Shown: piece by piece, positions 8,429-17,786 of the stretch
Layout of the letters: each line of letters begins with the position of its first letter
How positions within the stretch are numbered: the first letter of the stretch is position 1
From: a bacterium
GTDB taxonomy: Bacteria > Methylomirabilota > Methylomirabilia > CAVQYV01
DNA length: 35,149 nt
Direction of reading: 5' to 3'
Assembly: GCA_043800755.1 (NCBI GenBank)
Contig: JAZDMQ010000126.1
Location: 1 to 35,149, forward strand
Translations under genes and position numbers: made by a program
The notes under the pieces: generated by a model
Database searches by the model: none
Told to the model about the DNA's origin: nothing
The model's input: the letters and a program-made list of their open reading frames with translations, nothing else

Positions 8429-8541
8429 GGGTGAGGACTAAAGGAAGAATAATCCTTGAAAAATCTCTTCATTCATAATATTTATCAACTGGGATTTCTC
8501 GCGCGGTGAGATGTGGCAACGCCCCTGGCGAAGGAGGTAGG

Positions 8542-9303
8542 ATGATGCGATCGGCTAAATTCTGGATGGTCCTTTTGATCCTGGCCCTGGGCCTCGGCTG
8601 CGCTCAGACCAGCTCTCAGGTAAAGAAGAAGCAGACGGCGGACGCCTATTACAAGCTGGGGGTCTACTATCTGGAGAATGCCAATTACAAGCAGGCCATC
8701 TCCGAGTTTCAGAAGGCGTTGGAGTTCAACTCGGGAGAGCCCAACTATCATTTCAGCATGGGGACTGCCTACTCCCTTGATGGGCGGGATAGCGAGGCAA
8801 TCGATGAACTGAAGATTGCCCTTAGGTTAGACTCCAAGAACTCCGAGGCCCACAATAATCTGGGCTACATCTACGCCAAGCGGCAACGATGGCCTGAGGC
8901 GATTGCGGAATTTAATGCGGCCCTGGCCAATCCGGAGTATGCTCGTCCCCATTCCGCCCATCTCAATTTGGCCCAGGCCTACATGCAGCAGGGAAACCTG
9001 GACTCCGCCATCGAAGAATACAGAAGGGCCCTGGAATCCAAGCCCGATTATGAGGTGGCCCATTCCGGGCTGGGGAGGGCCTATCTCCAGAAGGGGGAGC
9101 TGGATCTGGCCATCCAGGAATTAGAAAAAGCGCTCAAGATCAACGAACGGCAGATTGGCGTGCATTACGACCTGGGGATCGCCTATCTGCGAAAGGGCGA
9201 TAAGCAGAAGGCGGCGGCGGCCTTCAACAAAGTGATCGATCTGGATCCTCAATCTCCTCTCACCGGGGAGGCAAAGAAGCAACTTACAGCCATAGAGAAA
9301 TAG
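8542..9303 (+). CDS. TPR lipoprotein, PilF/PilW/Tgl-like pilotin candidate
   Basis: Lipobox LGLGC, several TPR repeats and an ALANPEY motif; ATG after AGGAGG. Confidence 0.75.
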   Translation: MMRSAKFWMVLLILALGLGCAQTSSQVKKKQTADAYYKLGVYYLENANYKQAISEFQKALEFNSGEPNYHFSMGTAYSLDGRDSEAIDELKIALRLDSKNSEAHNNLGYIYAKRQRWPEAIAEFNAALANPEYARPHSAHLNLAQAYMQQGNLDSAIEEYRRALESKPDYEVAHSGLGRAYLQKGELDLAIQELEKALKINERQIGVHYDLGIAYLRKGDKQKAAAAFNKVIDLDPQSPLTGEAKKQLTAIEK

Positions 9304-9318
9304 AAACCTCCCCGCGAG

Positions 9319-10188
9319 ATGATTATAGCTACCGTCTTTCCTGTTTTTCTAATTATCGCCCTGGGCTGGCTTTTCGCCAGGTTCAAGAGGATCAATCTGG
9401 GGGAGGTGAGCGAGATCATCCTCTTCATCACCACCCCTTGTCTGATCTTCTCCTCCCTCCTTAAGAGCCAGATCGTGATGGCCGATTTCGTCACGATCGC
9501 CCTCTCGGTGCTGGGGGTCACCCTGGGCTGCGGCCTGGCCACCGGGATCTTCCTCCGTCTTTCCCATCAAGAATGCCGGGGCCTCTATCTGCCGGTCATG
9601 TTCATGAACGCCGGGAACATGGCCTTGCCCTTGACCTTGCTCGCCTTCGGCCAGGAGGGCCTTACCCGTGCCATCCTCTACTATGTCACCTCCGCCTTCC
9701 TCAGCTATTCCCTGGGGGTCATGATCGTCTCCCACGAAGGCCACTTCAGCGAGGTCTTTCGGCTCCCCCTCATTTATGGGGCCATTTTGGGGCTCCTATT
9801 GGGAATCTTTCGGGTGCCGGTGAACCCCACCCTGGTTAAGCCCTTCGAGATCCTGGGGGGGGCTGCCATTCCCCTGATGCTCCTCAGCCTCGGCTATCGC
9901 CTCCACCACACCCAGATTCGCTCACTTCCCCTCGCCTTCTCCGGGGCGTTTTTGCGAATCGGCCTGGGGTTTGGCCTGGCACTGCTCTTCGTCTCCCTCT
10001 TCCGTATCCAGGGAACGACCCGCTCGGTTATCCTTCTTTCCTCCTCCATGCCCTCGGCCATCGTTAACTTCATCCTGGCCCAAAGATATGAGAGGAATGC
10101 AGAGGTGGTGGCCTCGGTCATCCTGGTGAGCACCCTCCTGAGCCTGCTCACCACCCCGCTCATCCTCGCCTACGCCATCGGGAGGTAA
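9319..10188 (+). CDS. AEC (auxin efflux carrier) family transporter
   Basis: About 10 hydrophobic segments; TPCLIF, NAGNMALP and MPSA motifs. Confidence 0.88.
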   Translation: MIIATVFPVFLIIALGWLFARFKRINLGEVSEIILFITTPCLIFSSLLKSQIVMADFVTIALSVLGVTLGCGLATGIFLRLSHQECRGLYLPVMFMNAGNMALPLTLLAFGQEGLTRAILYYVTSAFLSYSLGVMIVSHEGHFSEVFRLPLIYGAILGLLLGIFRVPVNPTLVKPFEILGGAAIPLMLLSLGYRLHHTQIRSLPLAFSGAFLRIGLGFGLALLFVSLFRIQGTTRSVILLSSSMPSAIVNFILAQRYERNAEVVASVILVSTLLSLLTTPLILAYAIGR

Positions 10189-10192
10189 TCCT

Positions 10193-11272
10193 TTGCAGAT
10201 CTTGGCCATCGACATCGGGTTGGGAACCCAGGATATTCTCCTGTATGAGGGCAAAGGATCCCCGGAAAACTGCCCCAAACTGGTCTTGCCCTCTCCGGCG
10301 CTCCTTTATCGACAGAGGCTGAAAGGCCTCCTGGTCCACCAGAGCGATCTATTTCTGGATGGCTCGATCATTGGGGGAGGGGGACTCACCTCCTCCCTGA
10401 TCGCCCACCTCCGCTCCGGCTTCTCAGTCTTTATGACCAAAGCGGCGGCCTTCAGCCTGCGCAACGACCTAAATGAGGTGAGGGAGAAAGGGATCCAGAT
10501 CGTGGAGCAGGGCCCCCCTCACTTCTCTGGACAGCGCTTGACCTTGAAGGAGATTGACTTTGCTTCGCTCTCCGCTCTCTTGGCCCCCTGGGATATTGAC
10601 CTGAGCCGGGTCCGGATCGCAGCCATCGCGGTCCAGGATCACGGGGTTTCTCCCCCCGGAACAAGCAACCGGCGCCTCCGACTCCAGAGGATTCAGGAAG
10701 GTCTAAAAAGGGACTCCCGGCCCACCTCTCTTGCCTTCTTCCCGGAAGAGATCCCTGCCTCCCACCTGCGGATGCAAGCCGCTGCAGACGCCTCGCAGAG
10801 CCAGTTGCCAGGGGCGCGGCCACTGCTGATGGACACCTCTCTGGCGGCCATTGCCGGCTGTCTGGTGGACCCCCTGGTGGCGGCAAGGTGGGAAAGACCG
10901 ATCCTCTGTGTCAACCTGGGAAATGGGCATACCATGGCGGCGCTGCTAAAGCAGGGGAAGATCCTCGCCCTCCTGGAGCATCACACCCGGACCCTCAGCC
11001 CAGAGGCGCTGGAGAAGGCCTTGAGGAGGTTCTCCGCCGGAGACTTGCGGGAGGAGGAGGTCTTTGAAGAGGGGGGACACGGGCTCTTCTACCTGCAGGA
11101 GGCACCAGGTCTTTCCGCCTTAGGACTCATCGCAGTAACCGGCCCCCAACGAGAGTTGATGAGGCGTACCTCCCTTGACTTTTATTATCCGGCTCCTTAC
11201 GGGGATATGATGATGACCGGACCGGCGGGATTGATTTGGGCAGCGAAGGAGAGATTTTCCGGGGTGGCGTGA
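10193..11272 (+). CDS. DUF1786 family protein (putative ASKHA fold)
   Basis: LAIDIGLGTQD, AVQDHG, NLGNGHT, EHHT, GGHG and P.GDMMMTG motifs. Confidence 0.8.
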   Translation: MQILAIDIGLGTQDILLYEGKGSPENCPKLVLPSPALLYRQRLKGLLVHQSDLFLDGSIIGGGGLTSSLIAHLRSGFSVFMTKAAAFSLRNDLNEVREKGIQIVEQGPPHFSGQRLTLKEIDFASLSALLAPWDIDLSRVRIAAIAVQDHGVSPPGTSNRRLRLQRIQEGLKRDSRPTSLAFFPEEIPASHLRMQAAADASQSQLPGARPLLMDTSLAAIAGCLVDPLVAARWERPILCVNLGNGHTMAALLKQGKILALLEHHTRTLSPEALEKALRRFSAGDLREEEVFEEGGHGLFYLQEAPGLSALGLIAVTGPQRELMRRTSLDFYYPAPYGDMMMTGPAGLIWAAKERFSGVA

Positions 11273-11328
11273 AATCCGAGCATCAATGAATCCCCGAGCC
11301 CCCCGGGCTATCTCAGGATGAGGGAAGG

Positions 11329-11814
11329 CTAAATCTCTCTGACCCCTTCGGAAATGGTCTTGATGAGCATCTGGCCGGACTCGGCGGAGAATTCAACGCT
11401 TCGTCCGAAGTTCTTGCCCACATCCTTGGCGATCAGGGGAATCCCCTCTCGGGTCAGTTTCTTGGTGATGGCTTCCACATTCCGTTGTCCGGGGGAATGA
11501 TCCGGAAAAGAAGGGGGGAGAGAGAACATCTGGGCCCCCCCTGCGATCTTCGCCACCAATCGTTTTCGCGATCCCCCTCGCCTCTCCAGCTCTTCCAACA
11601 TCCCCTCAATGGCCTGGTCGGAGTATTTGGCCGACCCACCATCCTTTCCCCTATTCCCCGTCCCGGGCAACATGACATGGGCCATGGCCGCCAAGCGGAG
11701 GAGGGGATCGAAAAGGGCAACCACTACACAGGAGCCGATGCCATAGCTGGTCAGGATGTCAGGGGCCTCTGCCACTGCGTAGGTTGCCAGGGAGACTTGT
11801 ACCTTCTTCATCAT
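11329..11814 (-). CDS. cheD: Chemoreceptor glutamine deamidase CheD
   Basis: GIGSC, AHVMLP, AKIAGGAQMF, GQRN and DVG...R motifs. Confidence 0.92.
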   Translation of the reverse strand: MMKKVQVSLATYAVAEAPDILTSYGIGSCVVVALFDPLLRLAAMAHVMLPGTGNRGKDGGSAKYSDQAIEGMLEELERRGGSRKRLVAKIAGGAQMFSLPPSFPDHSPGQRNVEAITKKLTREGIPLIAKDVGKNFGRSVEFSAESGQMLIKTISEGVREI

Positions 11815-12434
11815 TTTGGATGAATAGGAAGGAGACGGAGCAAGACGGGCATGGATTCAGGATCGGGAAGAAGGAAGAGTCGACCCGAGATCTTGCTCTC
11901 CCGGTTCTCAAAGCGGGTCTCGATGATCATGACCACCCCTCCCACCTCACCCAGTTCGATCAAGAGATAATCTACCACCGCCCCGGCCATGTCGAAAGCC
12001 AACCCGGGAATCGAGGGGATGAGCAGGACTCCCAGGAGGTTGCTGAGGGCCGTCAGATAAGAGGAGGCCAGGATATTGGCCAATTCCTTCAACACCGATC
12101 TCTCCTCTTCCGTCAGGATCATCGTCGAGGCCGCCTTCTTGCCCGTCAACATGTGGATAATGGAGAGGACGCTCTGGCGAGGGAGTAAGATCAAGATATT
12201 CCCTTTGGCATCACCTCGAATCTTGAGATAAAGGCCTGCCATCAATTCCTCCTCCCCGCCGATGTGCCTGGGGATATCGGCCAGGGGCAAGATGGATACC
12301 TGGGGTACGGTGAGTGCCAGGGGATGGTCCAGGAGTTGGGAAAGGGCGGTGGCGGCATGGCCCATTCCGATGTGGCTAATTTCCTTCAGGGCATCCAACT
12401 GGGACTCGGTGAGGTTAGCGAGAATATCCATCAT
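11811..12434 (-). CDS. cheC: CheC phosphatase (DifG-like)
   Basis: DALKEISHIGMGHAATALS and ELANILASS repeats. The start is uncertain (ATG 12434 or GTG 12464). Confidence 0.88.
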   Translation of the reverse strand: MMDILANLTESQLDALKEISHIGMGHAATALSQLLDHPLALTVPQVSILPLADIPRHIGGEEELMAGLYLKIRGDAKGNILILLPRQSVLSIIHMLTGKKAASTMILTEEERSVLKELANILASSYLTALSNLLGVLLIPSIPGLAFDMAGAVVDYLLIELGEVGGVVMIIETRFENRESKISGRLFLLPDPESMPVLLRLLPIHPK

Positions 12435-12473
12435 TGACTCATACCTGGGGCCAAGCGCCCACACCCCCCAGAT

Positions 12474-14480
12474 CTACAGGGTATTGAGATCCAGGATCAG
12501 CACCATTGATCCATCTCCCATGATGGTGGCACCGGAGAAGCCCTTCACTTTCCGGAGCAAGCCTTTCAGCGGCTTTACGACGGCCTCCCGATATTCCAGC
12601 AACCCATCTACCACCATTCCCGTGATGTGGCCTCGGCGCTCAACCAAGATGCCCACCACGGGCCCCCCGACTCCCCCCTTCCCGTCCGAGACCCCGAATA
12701 GGGAACCAAGGCGAAATAATGGGATGAGCCCCTCTTCGGTGGTGACCCATTCCTGCCCTTGTGAGACCTGGATCTCGGAGGACAGGAATTCGAAGGTGCG
12801 ATAGATCTGCGAAAGGGGAACCGCGTATCGCTCTTTTCCCACGCCCACCCGGAGGACCTGGATAATGGCCAGGGTCAAAGGCAGCTTCAGGCTGATAGTG
12901 GTCCCCACCTCCTTGTGGGACTCGATCAGCAAGCTCCCGCCCAGGGATTCAATGACGCTCTTCACGACATCCATGCCTACCCCTCGCCCGGACACCTCTG
13001 AGACGACCTCCGCGGTGCTGAATCCGGGCGCTGTAATGAGGTAGAGGGCCTCGTCGTCGCTCAATGAACCATATTGCTCCCGGTTGATGATCCCCTTCTC
13101 CAGGGCAACGCTCTTGATCTTGGCGGGATCAATGCCTCGCCCATCATCGCTGATCTTGATCAAAATGCGCTCACGCTCCCTCGTAGCCTCCACGCGCAGC
13201 CTTCCCTCCGGGGGCTTCCCCTTCCGGGCTCTTTCCTCTGGGGATTCGAAGCCGTGATCGATGCAATTGCGGAAGATGTGAAGCAGGGGATCTGGCAACT
13301 CCTCCAAGATGGCCCGATCCAGCTCCACCTCTTTCCCCACGAACTCGAACCTCACCTCTTTGCCCTTGGCGCGAGCCAAGTCCCGAATGGCCCGGGGAAA
13401 CCGCTCCGCCACCAGGTCTAAGGGCATCATGCGAAGCCGGATGGCCAATTGATAGAGGCCTGAGACCAGATGGTCCACTCGATCGATGTCCTCGCGCAGT
13501 TTCACCGGGGTGAGGCGGGGGTTGAAATCGATCAGGCTCCCCTTCGCCGTCACCAGTTCCCCCACCATATCGATCAAATCGTCCAACAGGCGGGTATCCA
13601 CCCTCACCATGGTGCTCTTCTTCATCTGCAGGGGGACGGAGGAGGAAACAGGGGCCTTTTCCTGGCCTGCTGCGGCGACCGCCTCCCATCTTTCAGGCGC
13701 CTCCTCCTTCCCGGTAACATCCTTCACCGTGGCCGATTCGATCTCCGGTTGAGCCAGGATGGCCGTTCGAATCTCCGGGCCCAGCTTCACCGATGCCAAC
13801 AGGATAAAGAGAGATCCGCTGAAATTCCCCCCCTGGAGGTCCTCCAGGCTGGGAGACATCTGGAGGATCTCCCCCAGGCTCCCTACCCTCTTGCAGATGA
13901 CTAAGGCCCGGGCGTTGGGCATCGGGGCATCTTTCGCCACCTCCACCGCCGCCGAATAAAGGCGCACGCCCCTCTCAGTGGCCCACCTCCGGATCTGCTG
14001 GAGGTCGTCCTCTTCCACCGTGGCAGCAGAGGGGGTCGGGACGGGCTTGGACGGAGGAGATTCCGGGGTCACGGCCGGGGCGATGGCCCCCGCCTCCTGG
14101 CCTCTCCGATCATAGCCCCCTAATTTATGAATGAAAGCCGAATGGTCGGTTACGGAAGCCCCCTGGGTCCTCACCTCCTCGATCGAGCTGCGCACCAGGT
14201 CAAAACCCTCAAAGAGGAGATCGACCACCTCCTTGGTCACCGAGATCGTCCCCTTGCGGAGCTTATCCAGGAAATCCTCCAGGCGGTGCGAGAGGGTGGA
14301 GATCTGTATGAACCCCATCGAGGCCGACATCCCCTTCATGGAGTGGGCCTCCCGGAAGAGGTTGTCCACCAGGGATCTCTCCTGGGGGGACTGCTCCAAT
14401 TCCAGCAGCAGGTTGTCCATCTTTTGCAGATGGTCCGCCGATTCGCTGATGAAGAGCTTCATATACTTGGACATATCCAT
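12474..14480 (-). CDS. cheA: Chemotaxis histidine kinase CheA (DifE-like)
   Basis: Hpt FREAHSMKG, P2-like segment, dimerisation domain, HATPase (HIFRNCIDHG, DDGRG, SGRGVGMD) and a C-terminal CheW domain. Confidence 0.95.
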   Translation of the reverse strand: MDMSKYMKLFISESADHLQKMDNLLLELEQSPQERSLVDNLFREAHSMKGMSASMGFIQISTLSHRLEDFLDKLRKGTISVTKEVVDLLFEGFDLVRSSIEEVRTQGASVTDHSAFIHKLGGYDRRGQEAGAIAPAVTPESPPSKPVPTPSAATVEEDDLQQIRRWATERGVRLYSAAVEVAKDAPMPNARALVICKRVGSLGEILQMSPSLEDLQGGNFSGSLFILLASVKLGPEIRTAILAQPEIESATVKDVTGKEEAPERWEAVAAAGQEKAPVSSSVPLQMKKSTMVRVDTRLLDDLIDMVGELVTAKGSLIDFNPRLTPVKLREDIDRVDHLVSGLYQLAIRLRMMPLDLVAERFPRAIRDLARAKGKEVRFEFVGKEVELDRAILEELPDPLLHIFRNCIDHGFESPEERARKGKPPEGRLRVEATRERERILIKISDDGRGIDPAKIKSVALEKGIINREQYGSLSDDEALYLITAPGFSTAEVVSEVSGRGVGMDVVKSVIESLGGSLLIESHKEVGTTISLKLPLTLAIIQVLRVGVGKERYAVPLSQIYRTFEFLSSEIQVSQGQEWVTTEEGLIPLFRLGSLFGVSDGKGGVGGPVVGILVERRGHITGMVVDGLLEYREAVVKPLKGLLRKVKGFSGATIMGDGSMVLILDLNTL

Positions 14481-14505
14481 GGGGGGTGTCCCTTATGCCC
14501 GGAAA

Positions 14506-14898
14506 TCAGCCATTAATAGGATTGAAGTCCTCATCGAGGCCCAAAACGGACATTACCACCTTGAGCACTTTGTTCGGCTGAAAGGGCTTGACGATGAAGT
14601 CCTTGGCCCCTGCTTCGATGGCCTCGGCGATCAAGGATTCCTGGCCCAGGGCACTACACATAATTACCTTCGCCTGGGAGTCAAATTTCATGATCTCCTT
14701 CAGGGCAGTGATCCCATCCTTCTCGGGCATCACGATGTCCATCGTCGTGATATCGGGCCGCAATTCTTTATACATCCTCACTGCCTCCAGGCCGTTCTCC
14801 GCCTCTCCCGAGATCACGAAGGGAGATCGGGCAAAAATGTCCCGGATCATGCTCCGCATGAAGATCGCGTCATCGACCACCAGTATCTTGATGCTCAT
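14506..14898 (-). CDS. cheY: Response regulator CheY (DifD-like)
   Basis: Single REC domain: VVDD, MDIVMP, SALG, KPF. Confidence 0.92.
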   Translation of the reverse strand: MSIKILVVDDAIFMRSMIRDIFARSPFVISGEAENGLEAVRMYKELRPDITTMDIVMPEKDGITALKEIMKFDSQAKVIMCSALGQESLIAEAIEAGAKDFIVKPFQPNKVLKVVMSVLGLDEDFNPING

Positions 14899-15386
14899 CC
14901 CGAGGCCTCCTCAAATTCGGGCACCAAAGAAGAGATGATTGGGGAAGGGTTAAGGACATTTATGACTAGCCCCGCATGGCAGAGCGCCCCCCTGAAGAAA
15001 ACACTTTTCCTCTCGCCCGGGATCGGAACGGAGAGTTCTCGCAACTGATCTAATGAGACCTCCCGGATCTGGGCAACTTGATCCACCAAGAAACCTAGAT
15101 CAATCTCGGGATCGGGAAGATTCAAGATCACCACCTGGGACCTTTCCTTTTCCTTGGTTGAGGGGAGACCGAGCAGGGATTCGAGATCGAAGACCGCCAG
15201 GACCTTCCCGCGCAGGTTCATAATCCCCAGGACCGCGTCCGGGGCATTGGGAACCCGGGTGATGGCGCTTCGCTGCACCACCTCCCGGATCTCCTCCACC
15301 CGGAGGGCAAACCACTCCCGCTGCACCCGGAAGAAGATCAGGTGCTCTAACCCCTCTCCCTCTTGGCTTGGCTGCGTCTCTTTCAT
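14895..15386 (-). CDS. cheW: Coupling protein CheW
   Basis: TRVPNAP..VLGIMNLRG and GFLVD motifs. Confidence 0.9.
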   Translation of the reverse strand: MKETQPSQEGEGLEHLIFFRVQREWFALRVEEIREVVQRSAITRVPNAPDAVLGIMNLRGKVLAVFDLESLLGLPSTKEKERSQVVILNLPDPEIDLGFLVDQVAQIREVSLDQLRELSVPIPGERKSVFFRGALCHAGLVINVLNPSPIISSLVPEFEEASG

Positions 15387-15411
15387 CGAGGTGTTTCCCT
15401 CATCGAACGCC

Positions 15412-16677
15412 TCAGTTATCTACCCTGAACTTGGCGATGGCCTCGCTAAGCTTGTCGCCCAGGCTGGAAAGCCTCTGTGCTGAATCCGCCATCTGCTCCA
15501 TGGAGGCCGTCTGTTCCATGGTCGCCGCCGAAGTCTGCTCCGATGAGGCCGCATTGTCCATGGCCACCTTTGCGATATCGTCGATGGTGGCCACCATCTG
15601 TTCCGCCCCCTTGGTTTGTTGTTGGGTGAGCTGGGAGATCTCCTGTACTTTCTTGACCTCGTCGATGACGACCAGCACAATCTCCTCCAGGGCCTTGCCG
15701 ATAGAGGCCAAAAGGTCTCTTCCCGAACTCACCTCCCGGCCTGCCATTTCCATCGCGTTGAGGACCTTGGAGCTCTCCCCCCAGATCGCCTTGATGATCT
15801 CCGAGATCTTTTCCGCGGAAGAGCCCACTTCGGTCGCCAGCTTCCGCACCTCTTCGGCCACCACCGCGAATCCCTTCCCATAATCCCCGGCCCGGGCCGC
15901 CTCGATCGTCGCATTGAGCGCCAACAGGTGGGTCTGCTGTGCAATCTTGGTGATGACATCCACGATGGTCCCTACCTGTCCTACCTTCTCGGAGAAGCTC
16001 TTCATGCCTCTGGCCGAGGAGTCCATCACATCAAAGGCCCCCTTCAACTTCTCCATTGCCTCCTGGGCAACCTTGCTCCCGGTCTGGGCAGAATATCCGG
16101 CTTCCGAGGCCGCATCCGCTGCGGCCCGGGCCCGCGTAGCAATTTCACTGCTCGCGTTGGCCAAATCCCTCATCAGCCTGGAGGCCCGATCGACCAAAGA
16201 GGCCTGGTTTTCTGCCCCCTTGGCAACCTGTTCCACGGTGGCAGCGATCTCCTGGGTGGAGGCGTTCATCTCCTGGGCCGAGTTGGACAGCTCCCCAGCG
16301 GATCGAGACACGGTGGAGACCACCGACCGCACCTCTCTTACGATCTCTCTCAAATTGGAGAGCATTTGATTGAAGGACTCGGCAAGCTCGGCAATCTCGT
16401 CTTCGGATTCGACCCTCACCTCCTTGGTCAGGTCTCCATCGCCCATGATCCTGGCCGCCACCACCAGGTTGCGCAGCTCTCGGGTGATGTTTCGAGAGAT
16501 GATGAGAGAAAGGATTGCACCTACCAACAGAGCCGAGAAGGCACTTAACGGGGTGCTGACCCACTCCCGGAGCGCGATGTTCTTCATGGCCACCGTGGCA
16601 ACCCCGTTGATCACGACCACGGTAAAGACCACCGCCAGGAACGCCAAGATAATCTTGTTGCCAATGGAAATCTTCAT
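15412..16677 (-). CDS. Methyl-accepting chemotaxis protein without a periplasmic sensor domain (DifA-like)
   Basis: Two TM helices separated by about 10 residues, a HAMP domain (DEIAELAESFNQM) and the signalling hairpin IAQQTHLLALNATIEAARAG. Confidence 0.92.
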   Translation of the reverse strand: MKISIGNKIILAFLAVVFTVVVINGVATVAMKNIALREWVSTPLSAFSALLVGAILSLIISRNITRELRNLVVAARIMGDGDLTKEVRVESEDEIAELAESFNQMLSNLREIVREVRSVVSTVSRSAGELSNSAQEMNASTQEIAATVEQVAKGAENQASLVDRASRLMRDLANASSEIATRARAAADAASEAGYSAQTGSKVAQEAMEKLKGAFDVMDSSARGMKSFSEKVGQVGTIVDVITKIAQQTHLLALNATIEAARAGDYGKGFAVVAEEVRKLATEVGSSAEKISEIIKAIWGESSKVLNAMEMAGREVSSGRDLLASIGKALEEIVLVVIDEVKKVQEISQLTQQQTKGAEQMVATIDDIAKVAMDNAASSEQTSAATMEQTASMEQMADSAQRLSSLGDKLSEAIAKFRVDN

Positions 16678-16865
16678 CCTCCTCCCTCCCTGAGAGAAAT
16701 CCTCTGTTCTCCCCAGTGTTTATCGAATCAGGCCTCTTACTGAGATGATCTTGAGGGGGTACGTCTTTCTTCGAAGATCCCTTTTCCGGGGGGATCCTCA
16801 AGGTAAGGATTCGTCATCATATTCGCTCGTGAATGGCAAAGCTTGCCCCTGACACCGGACTCGCA

Positions 16866-17786
16866 TTACGCCTCTTTACCCCGCGGGCGCTGGTAGATCC
16901 TCTCTGCGGCATCCGTCACCTTGTATTCGGGAGGCACCGCGCTCGCACCTCCTTCCGTCCTCCCCAAGACCAGATACCCCCCAGGGTTGAGGGTATCAAA
17001 GAAGGAGGCCAGCAAGTGCCGTTGTAATGCCGGACTGAAATAGATCAGGACATTGCGAAAGAGGATCAGGTCCAGATTGCGAAAGGGGGGAGGATCCTGC
17101 AAATTGTGAGCCCGAAAGACGACCATCCTCCGGATCTCCTCTCTCACCGAATACCCTTCGCCTTCCTTCTTGAAGTAGGCCTCTTTCCACTCTGACTTCA
17201 TCTTCGCCAATTTGGGGGGGTCAAAGAACCCCCTGCGCGCGGCCAACAGGCCTTTTTGGTCAATATCCGTGGCGAAGATGAGGACGGAGAATTTGTCCTT
17301 TTCCTGCTTGAGAGATTCCTGGATGACGATGGCCAGTGAGTAAGGCTCCTCGCCCGAGGAGCAACCTGCGCTCCAGCACCGCATCACATGAGAGAAATCC
17401 TCCCTTTTCTGCGCGTAGAGCGCGGGCAGGATCTTTTCCTCCAGCGCCGCGAAGGTGCGGGGGGAGCGAAAGAACTCCGTCACCCTGATAATGAAGCTAT
17501 CCAGAAAAAGATCGATCTCCCGTGAATCCGCCGCGAGCAACGCGATGAAATCGTCGAGGCTCGGGCATCCCTTGCATTTTTGGCGGACGGTCAGCCTTCG
17601 CTGAAGATAACTGTCCCCGTAGAGGCCCAAATCGATGCCCCGCCTCTCTCGCACCAACTTCCGGAGGCTTTGCATGGCTGCTGCTTCCCGATCGTGCGAA
17701 GTGGAGGGGCCGGAATCTCTGGCGGAGCCTCTAAGGGAGGGGTCTCCTCCCTTAGATAGGCCGGGGGCAGCAGCCGGGTCTCTCAC
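16866..17786 (-). CDS. cheR: Protein-glutamate methyltransferase CheR
   Basis: VTEFFR, WSAGCSSGEEPYS, ATDID, RNVLIYF and LNPGGYL motifs. The start is either GTG 17786 (overlapping the upstream stop) or ATG 17675. Confidence 0.92.
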   Translation of the reverse strand: MRDPAAAPGLSKGGDPSLRGSARDSGPSTSHDREAAAMQSLRKLVRERRGIDLGLYGDSYLQRRLTVRQKCKGCPSLDDFIALLAADSREIDLFLDSFIIRVTEFFRSPRTFAALEEKILPALYAQKREDFSHVMRCWSAGCSSGEEPYSLAIVIQESLKQEKDKFSVLIFATDIDQKGLLAARRGFFDPPKLAKMKSEWKEAYFKKEGEGYSVREEIRRMVVFRAHNLQDPPPFRNLDLILFRNVLIYFSPALQRHLLASFFDTLNPGGYLVLGRTEGGASAVPPEYKVTDAAERIYQRPRGKEA

